A DNA stretch of 64,000 nucleotides from Vicinamibacterales bacterium (lineage in GTDB: Bacteria > Acidobacteriota > Vicinamibacteria > Vicinamibacterales > 2-12-FULL-66-21). Below the pieces are notes generated by a model. It did not search any database. It saw only the letters and a program-made list of their open reading frames with translations, and was not told where the DNA came from. The stretch lies in assembly GCA_035699745.1 (NCBI GenBank), contig DASSPH010000099.1, positions 129,841 through 193,840 of the forward strand, read 5' to 3'. Below, one piece after another: positions 31,028 through 39,970 of the stretch (positions are counted from its first letter, which is position 1; each line of letters begins with the position of its first letter). The translations under genes and the position numbers were made by a program.

Positions 31028-32974
31028 TCAGCGCGGCGGCGCGTCTCCGTTGCGACGCTGGAACTCGCGCAGGAAGCCCATCACACCCGCCGACAGCGCG
31101 TCACCGCTCCCGGTCACCATGATGTCGGGCACGAAGCGGCTCGGGCTCTTGACCAGCTCGGCCACCACGTTGACCGCGGAGGTCGCTTCCGGCCCGATCG
31201 CCTGCGACTGCGCCGCGAACCCCTTCGCGCGGGCCAGGCCGATCGCTTCGATCTCCGCGCCTCGCGCGCGGCCGGTCTGCTCGATGAACGCCGCCTCTCC
31301 TTCCCCTTCCGCTCTGCGTGCCCGGGCGCGGTTCTCCTTGATGATGATCTCCACCTCCGACCCGGCGAGATCCCGCTGCCGGTCGGCCAGGCCCCCCTGC
31401 TTCTCCATGTCGATGCGGGTGAGCTGCGCTTCGCGCTGCGCCAGGAAGGTGGCTTTCTCCTGGTTGGCGATCTCGCGCTGCGTCAGCACCCGGACGATCT
31501 CCTCCGGCAGCACCACGTCCTGGATGTACACGCCGCGCGTCTCGACGTTGTACTTGCGGATCTGGTCGGCGATGTAGTTCTGCGCCTTACTCTGCAGCGC
31601 GGCCCGGTTCTCGATGAACTGGACCGCCGCCATCCCCTGCAGCGTGTCGCGGAAATAGTTGCCGACCACCGCCTGCAGCACCTCGTTCACCAGGTTCTGC
31701 ATCGTCCCCACCATCGAGATCACTTTCGGCGCGAGCTTGTCCGACACGTGAATCTGCACCTGCAGGTCGATGTTGAAGACGAAGCCTTCCTTCGACTTGG
31801 CGACGATCTGTTTCAACTGCTTGTCCAGGTTGTGCGCCTGCGACGCCGCTTCGGCCCAGTTCAGCGTGAGAATCGCCGTCGGCACCATTTCCGCCTGGTA
31901 GATCCGCGGGTTGATCGCGTACTTGCCGGTGCGGAGCGGTTCTTCCCAGATGCCGCGATGGCCGGGCCGCACGATCGAGCCGAACTTGAACTCGTCGCCG
32001 GAGGTGTCTTCCGTCGGCTGTCCGACCGCGGCCTTGATCACCGCGACCTCGCCCTGCCTCACCACCAGCATCGGCGCGGTCTGCACGCGGACGAGATACG
32101 GATTCAGCGCGTACGATCCGTACAGCAGCGGATCGTGCTGCAGGCCGATGCGCCCGCCGCTGTCGAGAAACTTCTGGTAGTCCTGGTAGTTGTTGTGCCG
32201 CTCGTTCTGGTTGCCGATCAGCACGTCCGCAATCTCGGCGTCGCTCCGCCCCTCGACCTCCATACGCCGCACGTCGTCGAACCGCCCTATCCTGCAGGCG
32301 ATGTCGCCCGACGGCAGCGGCTCGCCGTCCAGCGTCTCGACGATGCCGACGACGTCGACGACCCTGTCGGTGCCCTGCTCGTGCAGGCGCGCGGGCGCGA
32401 TGACTTTCAAGGTCAGTTGATCGGGTTCGAGGCCGAAGAGCGCCGGTCCGAAGCGCTCGCGGTACTCCGCGTTGACCGGCAGCCCGAAGCTGCGGCTGCG
32501 GGTGAGCACGAGGAACGCGACCGGGTGGAGCGGCAGAATCGCTCCGGGAGGCAGCACCGGGCGCTGCACGCCCTGCTGCCCTCCCTCGGCGACGAAGGTG
32601 CGCACGTCGGTGAACTGGCCGAACACCGGCTTGTAGACGCCGGATTTCCAGCCGGTCGGCAGCGGCGCGCCGACCTGCGCGATCACGAGGCCGATTTCGC
32701 CCGTGGGGATCTGCACCCACGGATGTTTCTCGACGCGGTTCACCGGCCAGAGACGCACGGCGACGCCGGGCATCAGCAGATCCGCCTGGTATCCGGCTTC
32801 GTTCTGAAACGCGACCGGACCGCCTTCCGCGCGCCGGGGCCCCCAGCGGCGGATCACGAGCCCGACCTGGTTGGGGCCGATGCGGTGCACGGAGAGGACG
32901 GCGACGACGGCGAGGAGTACAGCCAGCGGGACGGCGATCGCGATCGCCGCCTGAACGGGCGAGCCAGCAAACAC
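31028..32974 (-). CDS. SPFH/band-7 (flotillin-like) membrane protein
   Basis: 648 aa. N-terminal TM; extended SPFH domain and coiled-coil/Ala-Glu-rich C-terminus (ANQEKATFLAQREAQLTRIDMEKQ...ARARRAEGEGEAAFIEQ). Confidence 0.8.
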   Translation of the reverse strand: MFAGSPVQAAIAIAVPLAVLLAVVAVLSVHRIGPNQVGLVIRRWGPRRAEGGPVAFQNEAGYQADLLMPGVAVRLWPVNRVEKHPWVQIPTGEIGLVIAQVGAPLPTGWKSGVYKPVFGQFTDVRTFVAEGGQQGVQRPVLPPGAILPLHPVAFLVLTRSRSFGLPVNAEYRERFGPALFGLEPDQLTLKVIAPARLHEQGTDRVVDVVGIVETLDGEPLPSGDIACRIGRFDDVRRMEVEGRSDAEIADVLIGNQNERHNNYQDYQKFLDSGGRIGLQHDPLLYGSYALNPYLVRVQTAPMLVVRQGEVAVIKAAVGQPTEDTSGDEFKFGSIVRPGHRGIWEEPLRTGKYAINPRIYQAEMVPTAILTLNWAEAASQAHNLDKQLKQIVAKSKEGFVFNIDLQVQIHVSDKLAPKVISMVGTMQNLVNEVLQAVVGNYFRDTLQGMAAVQFIENRAALQSKAQNYIADQIRKYNVETRGVYIQDVVLPEEIVRVLTQREIANQEKATFLAQREAQLTRIDMEKQGGLADRQRDLAGSEVEIIIKENRARARRAEGEGEAAFIEQTGRARGAEIEAIGLARAKGFAAQSQAIGPEATSAVNVVAELVKSPSRFVPDIMVTGSGDALSAGVMGFLREFQRRNGDAPPR

Positions 32975-33141
32975 GGCAAGCCTCCAAGTGCCGGCGGGGT
33001 TAGCTGACGGGCTCGAGGTTGGAGTCCTCTACCCACCTTCGCTCGCCTTGCGAGCTACGGTGGGATGCGCCCCGTGGCGCGGATATCGCGCCGGTGGTTC
33101 CCCCGCGACGCCGGGTCTGGCCGGCGTCTTAGGCTGATTCC
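32975..33141 (-). promoter_or_regulatory. Structured 5' leader of the flotillin-to-DUF58 operon
   Basis: About 165 nt between the predicted -10 element and the ATG. On the minus strand it contains GGCGCG-ATATC-CGCGCC and a nested hairpin CCCACC-GTA-GCTCGC-AAG-GCGAGC-GAA-GGTGGG. Confidence 0.4.
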
Positions 33142-33169
33142 ACTATACGCCCGCGCCCGGGGGAGTCAA
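33142..33169 (-). promoter_or_regulatory. Sigma70-like promoter (TTGACT-N16-TATAGT) for the flotillin operon
   Basis: Minus-strand TTGACTcccccgggcgcgggcgTATAGT (forward-strand ACTATA at 33142-33147, AGTCAA at 33164-33169). Confidence 0.5.
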
Positions 33170-33201
33170 ATCGTGAGCCGACCGGCGCGATCGAGTCACG
33201 A

Positions 33202-33627
33202 TCAACCGGCGAGCTTCACCCAGCTTGCGGTCGTTCGGTTGTAGCAGTGCAGGCCGCAGCCCCTGGCGCACCAGTGGTAGTAGTCGTATTCCAGGCCGTC
33301 GATGCGCCCGCGCTCGATCCACTCGAGGGCAGTTCCGCAGGCCGGACACGCGCGCCGACGATGATCCGCGGCCGCCGCGTTGATGGCGTCGGCACGCGCG
33401 ATCAAACGCGACGAGCGCTCGAGGAGGCCCTCGGCGCCCCGGCGGACGCTCTCGGCGCGCTCGCGCAACCCGCGCGAGCGGAGGACGGTCCACAGGTTCT
33501 GGAGGAGGATGTCCGGCGCGACCCTTTCTTCCAGACAGAGATCCGCTTCCCTCGCCGTCCGCGACGCCACGCGGTCGTCGCCGATCAGCACCACCGGGAT
33601 GTCCCGGGTATCGGGCCGCGACTTCAA
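33202..33627 (-). CDS. Zinc-ribbon protein with degenerate receiver-like N-terminal region
   Basis: 141 aa, TTG start. C-terminal CPACG...HWCARGCGLHCY cysteine cluster. The N-terminus DIPVVLIGDDRV...ADLCLEERVAPDILLQNLWTVLRS resembles beta4-alpha5 of a response-regulator receiver. A 50-aa ORF in another frame (33624..33776) encodes MSTT...IVLLADDDFPRL, a receiver beta1-like start. Confidence 0.4.
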   Translation of the reverse strand: MKSRPDTRDIPVVLIGDDRVASRTAREADLCLEERVAPDILLQNLWTVLRSRGLRERAESVRRGAEGLLERSSRLIARADAINAAAADHRRRACPACGTALEWIERGRIDGLEYDYYHWCARGCGLHCYNRTTASWVKLAG

Positions 33628-33999
33628 GAGGTGAACGATGTCGCGCCCGAGCGGCTGCCCATGAAAGTGGGTGGCATGTAGCGCGAGTGCTGCTGCAGCC
33701 GGGGAAAATCGTCGTCTGCGAGCAGCACGATGGGGGGAACAGTCGAAGCGGCCTGGAGTGTGCTCGTCGTGCTCATTGGATCACGCACCTGACAATGCAA
33801 CCCGCTTTCCAGCGAAAAGAGCGGCTGAGGCGGTCTGGACCGAACGATAGAGCCGTGATCCTGCGAATGCTGCCGGCGGTTCACGTCGACGAGCCTTCTG
33901 CTACACTCTCGCGCCAATGACACGTGCCCTGCGCGCCAGGTCCGCCTCTCTGCTGACCCGCGTCTGACCTGAAGCCGCAGCGACTTCCTGCCCCCCACC

Positions 34000-35412
34000 A
34001 TGGAACCCGAGGCGATCACGTTCGCGGATCGTGCCACGGCAGTTCGCGACCCTGCTGTTCTGGCGGCGCGCCGCTCCGCAGCGGGACGCACCTACCGCGT
34101 CGCCGCGCTCATCGGGCTGTTCGTCTTCGTGGTGCTCAATGCGAACGGGCGCGAGATTCCCGCGTCCGACAGCCAGGCGGCCAAGTACGCCAGCGTGGCG
34201 CTGGCACGCCGCGGTGCGCTGACGCTCGACGGTCTGGTGGGTCGTGTGCCGCAGTATGGAGAGCGGCTCGCGTTCCAGCGCGATCGCGAAGGACACTGGC
34301 GGAACGCGTACCCGTTGCCGCCCGTTCTGGAAGGCGCGGCCGTCGCGGCGATCTTGAAGGGGCTCGGACTCGTCCAGCTCGACGCGCGTCTGGCCCCGGC
34401 CCTCGTCGCCAAACTCACCGCCTCCGCGCTCGTCAGCCTCGCCAGCGCGATCGCCTTCGTCATTGCGGTCCGGTTCTGCCGTCGCGGACCGGCCGCGCTC
34501 GTCGCCGTGGGATTTGCCTTGGCCTCCGGCCTCTGGCCCACCGCCAGCCAGACCCTGTGGCAGCACGCCACGGTCGTCTGGTCGGTCGCGCTCGCCGTCT
34601 GTCTCTGGGTCAGCAGAGCGGATCGCGACGGCCGCATCCCCTACCATCTCGCCGCCGGCCTGCTCCTCGGCTGGGCGGCGTCCGCCAGACCGCAAACGCT
34701 TCCGATGCTGTTGATCCTCTCCGCGGGGATCCTGTGGCGGTCCCCGGCACCCCGCCGCATCGCGTTTGCGATCGCGTTTCTCCTGCCGTTGACCGTTTTT
34801 GCCGGCCTGAACGTGCGGTGGTTCGGTGACCCGTTCGGCAGCCTGCACGCATTCGAAGCCGCGAGCCTCGCGGCCCATCGCGTGGAGAGCACGTGGCAGT
34901 TCCCGCTGGCAGGCGCGGTCGGCCTCCTCGTGAGCCCCAGTCGAGGCTTGCTCGTCTTCAGCCCCATCGTCTTGATCGTGCTCGGCGCTCGGCCGCGGGA
35001 CCCGGCGGAGCGCACGGTGCTGCGTGTCACGATCGCGGCGGCCGCCGTCCAGCTGATCGTCTACGCGTCGTTTTCCGTCTGGTGGGGCGGGCACACCTAC
35101 GGACCGCGGTACATCCTCGACGGGCTGCCTCTCCTCATCCCGGCCGCGGCGCTGGGCGTCGCGCGGATCGGCCGGGCGCCGCACCTCGTCGCAGCCGGCG
35201 CGGTGGCCGCCCTGCTCTGGTCGATCGCCACCGGCGCGACGGGGGCGTTCTGCTATCCACACGACGGGTGGAACACGGATCCGGCGAGCGTCGACCATTT
35301 CCACGAGCGGCTGTGGGACGTCCGCGACAGCCAGATTCCGCGCTGCTGGGCACGCGGACCGTCACCCCAGAACTTCGCGCTGTTCACCCGCGACGCCTGG
35401 CGCCGGAACTAG
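34000..35412 (+). CDS. Polytopic membrane protein, GT-C/DUF2029-like putative glycosyltransferase
   Basis: 470 aa with about 10 TM helices and a short periplasmic C-terminal domain. Family assignment is by architecture only. Confidence 0.5.
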   Translation: MEPEAITFADRATAVRDPAVLAARRSAAGRTYRVAALIGLFVFVVLNANGREIPASDSQAAKYASVALARRGALTLDGLVGRVPQYGERLAFQRDREGHWRNAYPLPPVLEGAAVAAILKGLGLVQLDARLAPALVAKLTASALVSLASAIAFVIAVRFCRRGPAALVAVGFALASGLWPTASQTLWQHATVVWSVALAVCLWVSRADRDGRIPYHLAAGLLLGWAASARPQTLPMLLILSAGILWRSPAPRRIAFAIAFLLPLTVFAGLNVRWFGDPFGSLHAFEAASLAAHRVESTWQFPLAGAVGLLVSPSRGLLVFSPIVLIVLGARPRDPAERTVLRVTIAAAAVQLIVYASFSVWWGGHTYGPRYILDGLPLLIPAAALGVARIGRAPHLVAAGAVAALLWSIATGATGAFCYPHDGWNTDPASVDHFHERLWDVRDSQIPRCWARGPSPQNFALFTRDAWRRN

Positions 35413-35783
35413 TGTCCCGGCGCTTCCGCTCCGAACTCCGGTCCGTCGAGCGGACGCACTTCGCACTCGATCTCCCACTGGTCGCCGTGCACCCGCAGGA
35501 AGCGCTTGGTCAGCTCGATGGCGGCCTGCATCGAGGGGGCCTCGAGGATCGCGAAACCGCCGATGACTTCCTTGGTCTCGGCGAACGGCCCGTCGACGAC
35601 GGAGAGCTGCCCTTTGCGCAGGCGCACACGCCGGCCCTCCCTGGTGGGGCGCAGTCCGGCAGTTCGGATCAGCACCCCCTCGCGGGTCATCTCGTCCATC
35701 AGCTTGCCCATGTCCTGCATCAACTGCTCGCTCGGGGCCTGGGCGGTCCGTTCGTCCAGGCGGATCATCGAAAGAAATCGCAC
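35409..35783 (-). CDS. YciI/YCII-related family protein
   Basis: GTG start VRFLSMIRLDE...; GPFAETKEVIGGFAILEAPSMQAAIELTKRF is the YCII signature. The track's upstream 31 codons are junk. Confidence 0.75.
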   Translation of the reverse strand: MRFLSMIRLDERTAQAPSEQLMQDMGKLMDEMTREGVLIRTAGLRPTREGRRVRLRKGQLSVVDGPFAETKEVIGGFAILEAPSMQAAIELTKRFLRVHGDQWEIECEVRPLDGPEFGAEAPGH

Positions 35784-35900
35784 GGTTACTCTCCTTGGGG
35801 CGGCCGCCATGACCGCGTTCTGATGGCTGGTCGAATGCGTGCCGCGCGGATCGACAAAGTCGCACCGCGGAAGCACCTGTCATACACTCCAGCGCACGAC

Positions 35901-36755
35901 ATGAAGCTCATCGTGGAGCCGGAAGGGGGCATCGGCCCGATTCTGAGGGCGATCGCCCAAGCGAAGAGCGCGATCGACATCGTGATCTTCCGCCTGGACT
36001 GCCGCTCGGTGACGCGCCACCTCGAGGACGCGGTGCGCCGCGGGGTGCTGGTCCGGGCGATGATCGCCCGGAAGCACCGCGGGCATTCCCGCGATCTGCG
36101 CAAGCTCGAGCGCCGCCTGCTGCGGTCGGGCGTCATCCTCTCCCGCACCGCCGGCGATCTCGTGCGCTATCACGGCAAGATGATGATCGTGGATCGGCGC
36201 ATCCTGCACGTCTACGGGTTCAATTACACCCGCCGCGACTACGAGAGCCGCAGCTTCGGCATCGAGACCACGGATCCCGCCCTGGTGCGCGAGGCGCTGA
36301 AGCTGTTCGACGCCGACGCGGCGCGGCGGCCCTATCGCCCCGGTCACCGCGATCTGGTGGTCAGTCCGGCGAATTCGCGCGAACGGCTGGCGGCGTTCAT
36401 CCGGGGCGCGCGCCGGCAGCTCCTCATCTACGACCCGCGCTTCAGCGATCGCGACATGCACGACCTGATCGCCGAGCGGTCCGGCGCGGGGGTCGACGTG
36501 CGCGTCATCGGCAAGGTGCGGCACCTGCGATCGCCGCTCGCCATCGAGAAGTTCCCCGGCTTCCGGCTCCACGTCCGGGCGATCATCCGGGACGGGACGC
36601 ACGCGTTCGTGGGCAGCCAGAGTCTCGGCCCGATCGAGCTGGATCGGCGCCGCGAGGTCGGCGTCATCGTCCGGGACGCCGCCATCGTCCGGCGCATGCG
36701 GTCGGTGTTCGAGGGGGACTGGTCGCAGACCGGCGCCGCGAGAGCCGCCGGGTAG
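35901..36755 (+). CDS. Phospholipase D-like (HKD) domain protein
   Basis: Start MKLIVEPEGGIGPILRAIAQAKSAIDIVIFRL. Two HxK motifs: YHGKMMIVDRR and LHVRAIIRDGTHAFVGSQSL. The track's long N-terminal extension (from 34893) is junk. Confidence 0.8.
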   Translation: MKLIVEPEGGIGPILRAIAQAKSAIDIVIFRLDCRSVTRHLEDAVRRGVLVRAMIARKHRGHSRDLRKLERRLLRSGVILSRTAGDLVRYHGKMMIVDRRILHVYGFNYTRRDYESRSFGIETTDPALVREALKLFDADAARRPYRPGHRDLVVSPANSRERLAAFIRGARRQLLIYDPRFSDRDMHDLIAERSGAGVDVRVIGKVRHLRSPLAIEKFPGFRLHVRAIIRDGTHAFVGSQSLGPIELDRRREVGVIVRDAAIVRRMRSVFEGDWSQTGAARAAG

Positions 36756-36767
36756 CGCCCAGCTCCC

Positions 36768-36814
36768 AAAATCGCTCACCCAAAATCCCTCACGCCGGTG
36801 GCCTCCTGTTGACA
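36768..36814 (+). promoter_or_regulatory. Conserved direct-repeat motif plus TTGACA upstream of padR (copy 1)
   Basis: AAAATCGCTCACcCAAAATCCCTCACGCC, then 12 nt, then TTGACA (36809-36814), 32 nt before the ATG at 36846. Near-identical to copy 2 at 43248..43280. Confidence 0.5.
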
Positions 36815-36845
36815 TTCGACCCGAGTAGGAGCAGACTCCTGTCGC

Positions 36846-37196
36846 ATGTCTACCCAAGACGATAAGGAGCGGATCGCCCTTCTGCAGGGAACATTGGATC
36901 TGCTCATTCTTCGGGTATTGATCTTTGGGGGCCAGCACGGCCAGGGCATCGCCCGGGCAATCGAGCAGCAAACGGACGGGACACTACTCGTCGACCACGG
37001 GTCTCTTTATCCCGCCCTGCAGCGCCTTGAGCGCCGCGAGTGGATCGAGGCGGAATGGGGCACGTCGGACAACAACCGGAGGGCTCGCTTCTACCGGCTC
37101 ACGCGCGCCGGACGCAAGCGGCTGACTGCAGGTACGGGCCAGTGGTACCGGCTGAGCGCGGCCATCGCACGAGTCCTCGGACCTGAACAGGCCTAG
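36846..37196 (+). CDS. padR: PadR family transcriptional regulator
   Basis: 116 aa. [14 protein letters not shown]...[40 protein letters not shown] is the PadR wHTH. Confidence 0.9.
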   Translation: MSTQDDKERIALLQGTLDLLILRVLIFGGQHGQGIARAIEQQTDGTLLVDHGSLYPALQRLERREWIEAEWGTSDNNRRARFYRLTRAGRKRLTAGTGQWYRLSAAIARVLGPEQA

Positions 37197-37198
37197 TT

Positions 37199-39817
37199 AT
37201 GGCGCGTCGCCACGACCCTTCGGATGACGAGTTTCGGGAAGAAGTCGAGTCGCACGTCGCGCTCGAGACCGACCGCCTGCTGGCCGAGGGCGTCAGCCCA
37301 GAGGAAGCCGCAATGGCGGCCCGGCGAAAGTTCGGGAACGTCACCCGTGTCCGGGAGAACTTCTACGAATCGCGGCGCGTGATGTGGTTCGAGGACCTGC
37401 GACATGACACGCGCTTTGCAGTGCGCTCCTTGCAACGCAGCCCCGCGTTTACAGCCGTGGCCCTTTTGACTCTGGCAATAGGCCTGGGCGCAAATACGGC
37501 GATCTTCAGCGTCGTCAATGCGGTTCTGCTGCGCCCACTTCCGTATAACGCGCCTGACCAGTTGGTCCTGCTGGAGCATCCGCCGCTTGGCGGGAGCCCC
37601 GCCTGGTTAAGAGACGCCTGGCACGCGCGATCGCGCACGCTGACGGAGTTCGCCGGCATCGAGCCGTCCGCGCCAGCGACACTCGTCGCCGGAATTCAGC
37701 CGATGCCTGTCAACGCTGCGCACGCCACGGCGAACTTCTTCGCACTGCTGGGCATCAAGGCTTCGCTCGGAAGGATCTTCGCCGAGACAGATACCCAGCC
37801 TGGGGCGCCGGCGGTCGCGGTGCTCAGCCACAGCTTCTGGATTCGGCAGTTTGATGCCAGTGCCGACACCATCGGCAAGAGCATCACGCTGACGGATGTA
37901 ACCTTGACGGGCGAGCCGCGCGTTATCATCGGCGTGCTCCCAGCCGATTTCCGCTTCCCCGTTGCGGACCCGCCTGGTGAAGCACCGATATTCGCGAGGA
38001 TGCAACCAGATGTCATCGTTCTCTCCCGGGATGACGCGTTTCAGCAGGTGATTGGAAGGCTCGCTCCCGGAACGACAGCGGCGAAGGCCTCAACCGAGTT
38101 GTCCGGCATCTTTGCCCAAGAAGCGTCCGCACGTTTTTCGGCGCGTTTCGTTGAGCGCACGCGTGTCATCGCAATGCCTCTTCAGGATCGCCTCGTCGGC
38201 AATGCCCGGTATCGGCTGCTGCTGCTCATGGGTGCCGTGGGCTGTGTTCTCCTCGTGGTGTGCGCCAACATCGCCAGCCTTCTGTTGGCGCGCATCACCG
38301 GACGCGGACCCGAGTTTGCCGTCCGCGCGGCGCTCGGCGCGCGGACCGGCCGCCTTGTACGCATGATCCTGACAGAGAACGTCCTCCTCGCCATTTTCGG
38401 CGGCGCAGTTGCACTGTTCCTCGCGTACTGGAGCAATGACGTGCTCCGCTCGCTGCTCGCAGGTCGTGTCTCCTACGTCGAAACCGTCGCACTTGACTGG
38501 CGGGTGTTGGCCTTCAATCTCGCCGTCGCCGCGGCTATGGGTGTGGTCTGCGGGCTCGCATCTCTCGCGACGATTTGGTCGACCCGGCACGCAGGGAGCA
38601 CGACCGCAGCTGGTCGATCCATCACCCGACGCCCGCGCCTAGGTTTGACCCTTGTGGCCGGGGAAGTCGCCGTCGTGTTCGTCTTAGTCTTGATGGCGGC
38701 GCTGTTGTCTCAGACGCTCTGGAACCTTCGTCACACCAGGCGAGGTTTTGACGCGAGCGGACTGCTGACCGCCGGGGTGATGCCGGGAGCGTCCGGCACC
38801 ATTCCCGAGTTGCAGAACCTGACCGTGACGTTCTTCGGCACGATCGTCGATCGCATCGCTCGAGAGCCGAATGTGGAATCGGTAGCGGCAGCGTCAACCG
38901 TGCCGTTCAGCGGTCCGGCTATGGGGATGTCCGGCGTGTCGGTCGTGGGCCGCCAGGCACCCGACAAGACCCCGCCAGTCTCTGTCGCGGCCGTCACACC
39001 GGGCTATTTCGCGACGATGCGGATCCGGTTGATAGGTGGCCGTGATTTCAACAGGGGGGATGTTCCGTCGCGAGACCGCGTCGCCATTGTCAACGAGGCT
39101 TTCTTGCGAGTGATCGCGTCGGCCCTGACACCTGGCACAGAGATCCAGTTTGGCCGCTCTCGCCTGACAGTAATCGGCATCGTCGAGAACACACCGGACA
39201 CGTCGCTCCGGCGACCGGCTCGGCCGTTTGTGTATCTCCCAATGGCTCAGACCATCGGCAGCCAATTCGCTTTCGGCCGGTTGATGATCCTAGTGCGCGC
39301 GCGTAGTGGCGACCCGGCCGCGCTGATCCCCACCCTGCGCAACACCGTCTGGAGCCTCGGACACGACATCGTGATAGATGACGTCAGCACGATGGACGAA
39401 CGGGTCGGCGCGGCAGTGCGCACGGAGCGGGACAGCGCGCTGTTGTTTGGAGTGCTAGGCGCCATCGCACTAGTCGTTGCCGTCGCCGGTGTGTACGGTG
39501 TCGTCGCGTACTCGGTTTCGCAGCGCACTCGGGAGATCGGGATTCGAACGGCTATCGGTGCGACTCATCGTCAGGTGGTGGCCGGCATCGTCCGAGAGTC
39601 GGTTTGGCCCGTCGCAATCGGGATAGGAATCGGGGCTGCCACCGCGGTCGTCGTCGTGCGCGCGATCGCGGGACTTCTTTTTGAAATTAGGCCCACGGAT
39701 CCGCCGACCTACGTCGGGACGGCCGTCGCTCTGACTCTTACGGCCTTGGCGGCAGCGTGGATTCCCGCACGGCGGGCTGCTGGGGTCGATCCGGTCACGG
39801 CACTTCGCGCTGAATAG
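37199..39817 (+). CDS. ABC transporter permease, FtsX-like duplicated (MacB-like) family
   Basis: 872 aa. Two FtsX-type 4-TM modules, each with a periplasmic domain; C-terminal IPARRAAGVDPVTALRAE. Starts 2 nt after the padR stop. Confidence 0.9.
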   Translation: MARRHDPSDDEFREEVESHVALETDRLLAEGVSPEEAAMAARRKFGNVTRVRENFYESRRVMWFEDLRHDTRFAVRSLQRSPAFTAVALLTLAIGLGANTAIFSVVNAVLLRPLPYNAPDQLVLLEHPPLGGSPAWLRDAWHARSRTLTEFAGIEPSAPATLVAGIQPMPVNAAHATANFFALLGIKASLGRIFAETDTQPGAPAVAVLSHSFWIRQFDASADTIGKSITLTDVTLTGEPRVIIGVLPADFRFPVADPPGEAPIFARMQPDVIVLSRDDAFQQVIGRLAPGTTAAKASTELSGIFAQEASARFSARFVERTRVIAMPLQDRLVGNARYRLLLLMGAVGCVLLVVCANIASLLLARITGRGPEFAVRAALGARTGRLVRMILTENVLLAIFGGAVALFLAYWSNDVLRSLLAGRVSYVETVALDWRVLAFNLAVAAAMGVVCGLASLATIWSTRHAGSTTAAGRSITRRPRLGLTLVAGEVAVVFVLVLMAALLSQTLWNLRHTRRGFDASGLLTAGVMPGASGTIPELQNLTVTFFGTIVDRIAREPNVESVAAASTVPFSGPAMGMSGVSVVGRQAPDKTPPVSVAAVTPGYFATMRIRLIGGRDFNRGDVPSRDRVAIVNEAFLRVIASALTPGTEIQFGRSRLTVIGIVENTPDTSLRRPARPFVYLPMAQTIGSQFAFGRLMILVRARSGDPAALIPTLRNTVWSLGHDIVIDDVSTMDERVGAAVRTERDSALLFGVLGAIALVVAVAGVYGVVAYSVSQRTREIGIRTAIGATHRQVVAGIVRESVWPVAIGIGIGAATAVVVVRAIAGLLFEIRPTDPPTYVGTAVALTLTALAAAWIPARRAAGVDPVTALRAE

Positions 39818-39859
39818 CCCGCGTGCCGATGGTTCGCCTCGGGACGTGAACCTCGGCCC

Positions 39860-39968
39860 TTGTAGACCCCCTCTGAAGCGACCTCAATTCTGAGTATACG
39901 CGACTGGGGTATATTGTTATTGTATATAATGCGGCGAGATGCGCTATATCAACTATCATAATATACCC
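39860..39968 (+). promoter_or_regulatory. AT-rich segment (about 30% GC) with TATA-like repeats upstream of the AbiEi-like gene; likely promoter/operator and island boundary
   Basis: ...ctcaattctgagtatacgcgactggggTATATTGTTATTGTATATAATGcggcgagatgcgcTATATCAACTATCATAATATAccc. Contains a perfect TATAAT (39924-39929). Contrasts sharply with the 70% GC flanks. Confidence 0.45.
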
Positions 39969-39970
39969 AC

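Noticed and set aside
30863-33007. 714-aa plus-strand ORF antisense to the flotillin gene
   Set aside because: Antisense to a gene with a clear SPFH domain; Arg/Leu/Asp-rich and has no motifs.
34893-35900. N-terminal 336 codons of the 620-aa track ORF ending in the PLD-like gene
   Set aside because: It overlaps the GT-C-like membrane protein gene and the YciI-like gene in other frames. The PLD-like domain begins at the Met at 35901.
35880-36971. 363-aa minus-strand ORF antisense to the PLD-like gene
   Set aside because: The plus-strand gene carries two HKD motifs. The antisense frame is composition-driven.
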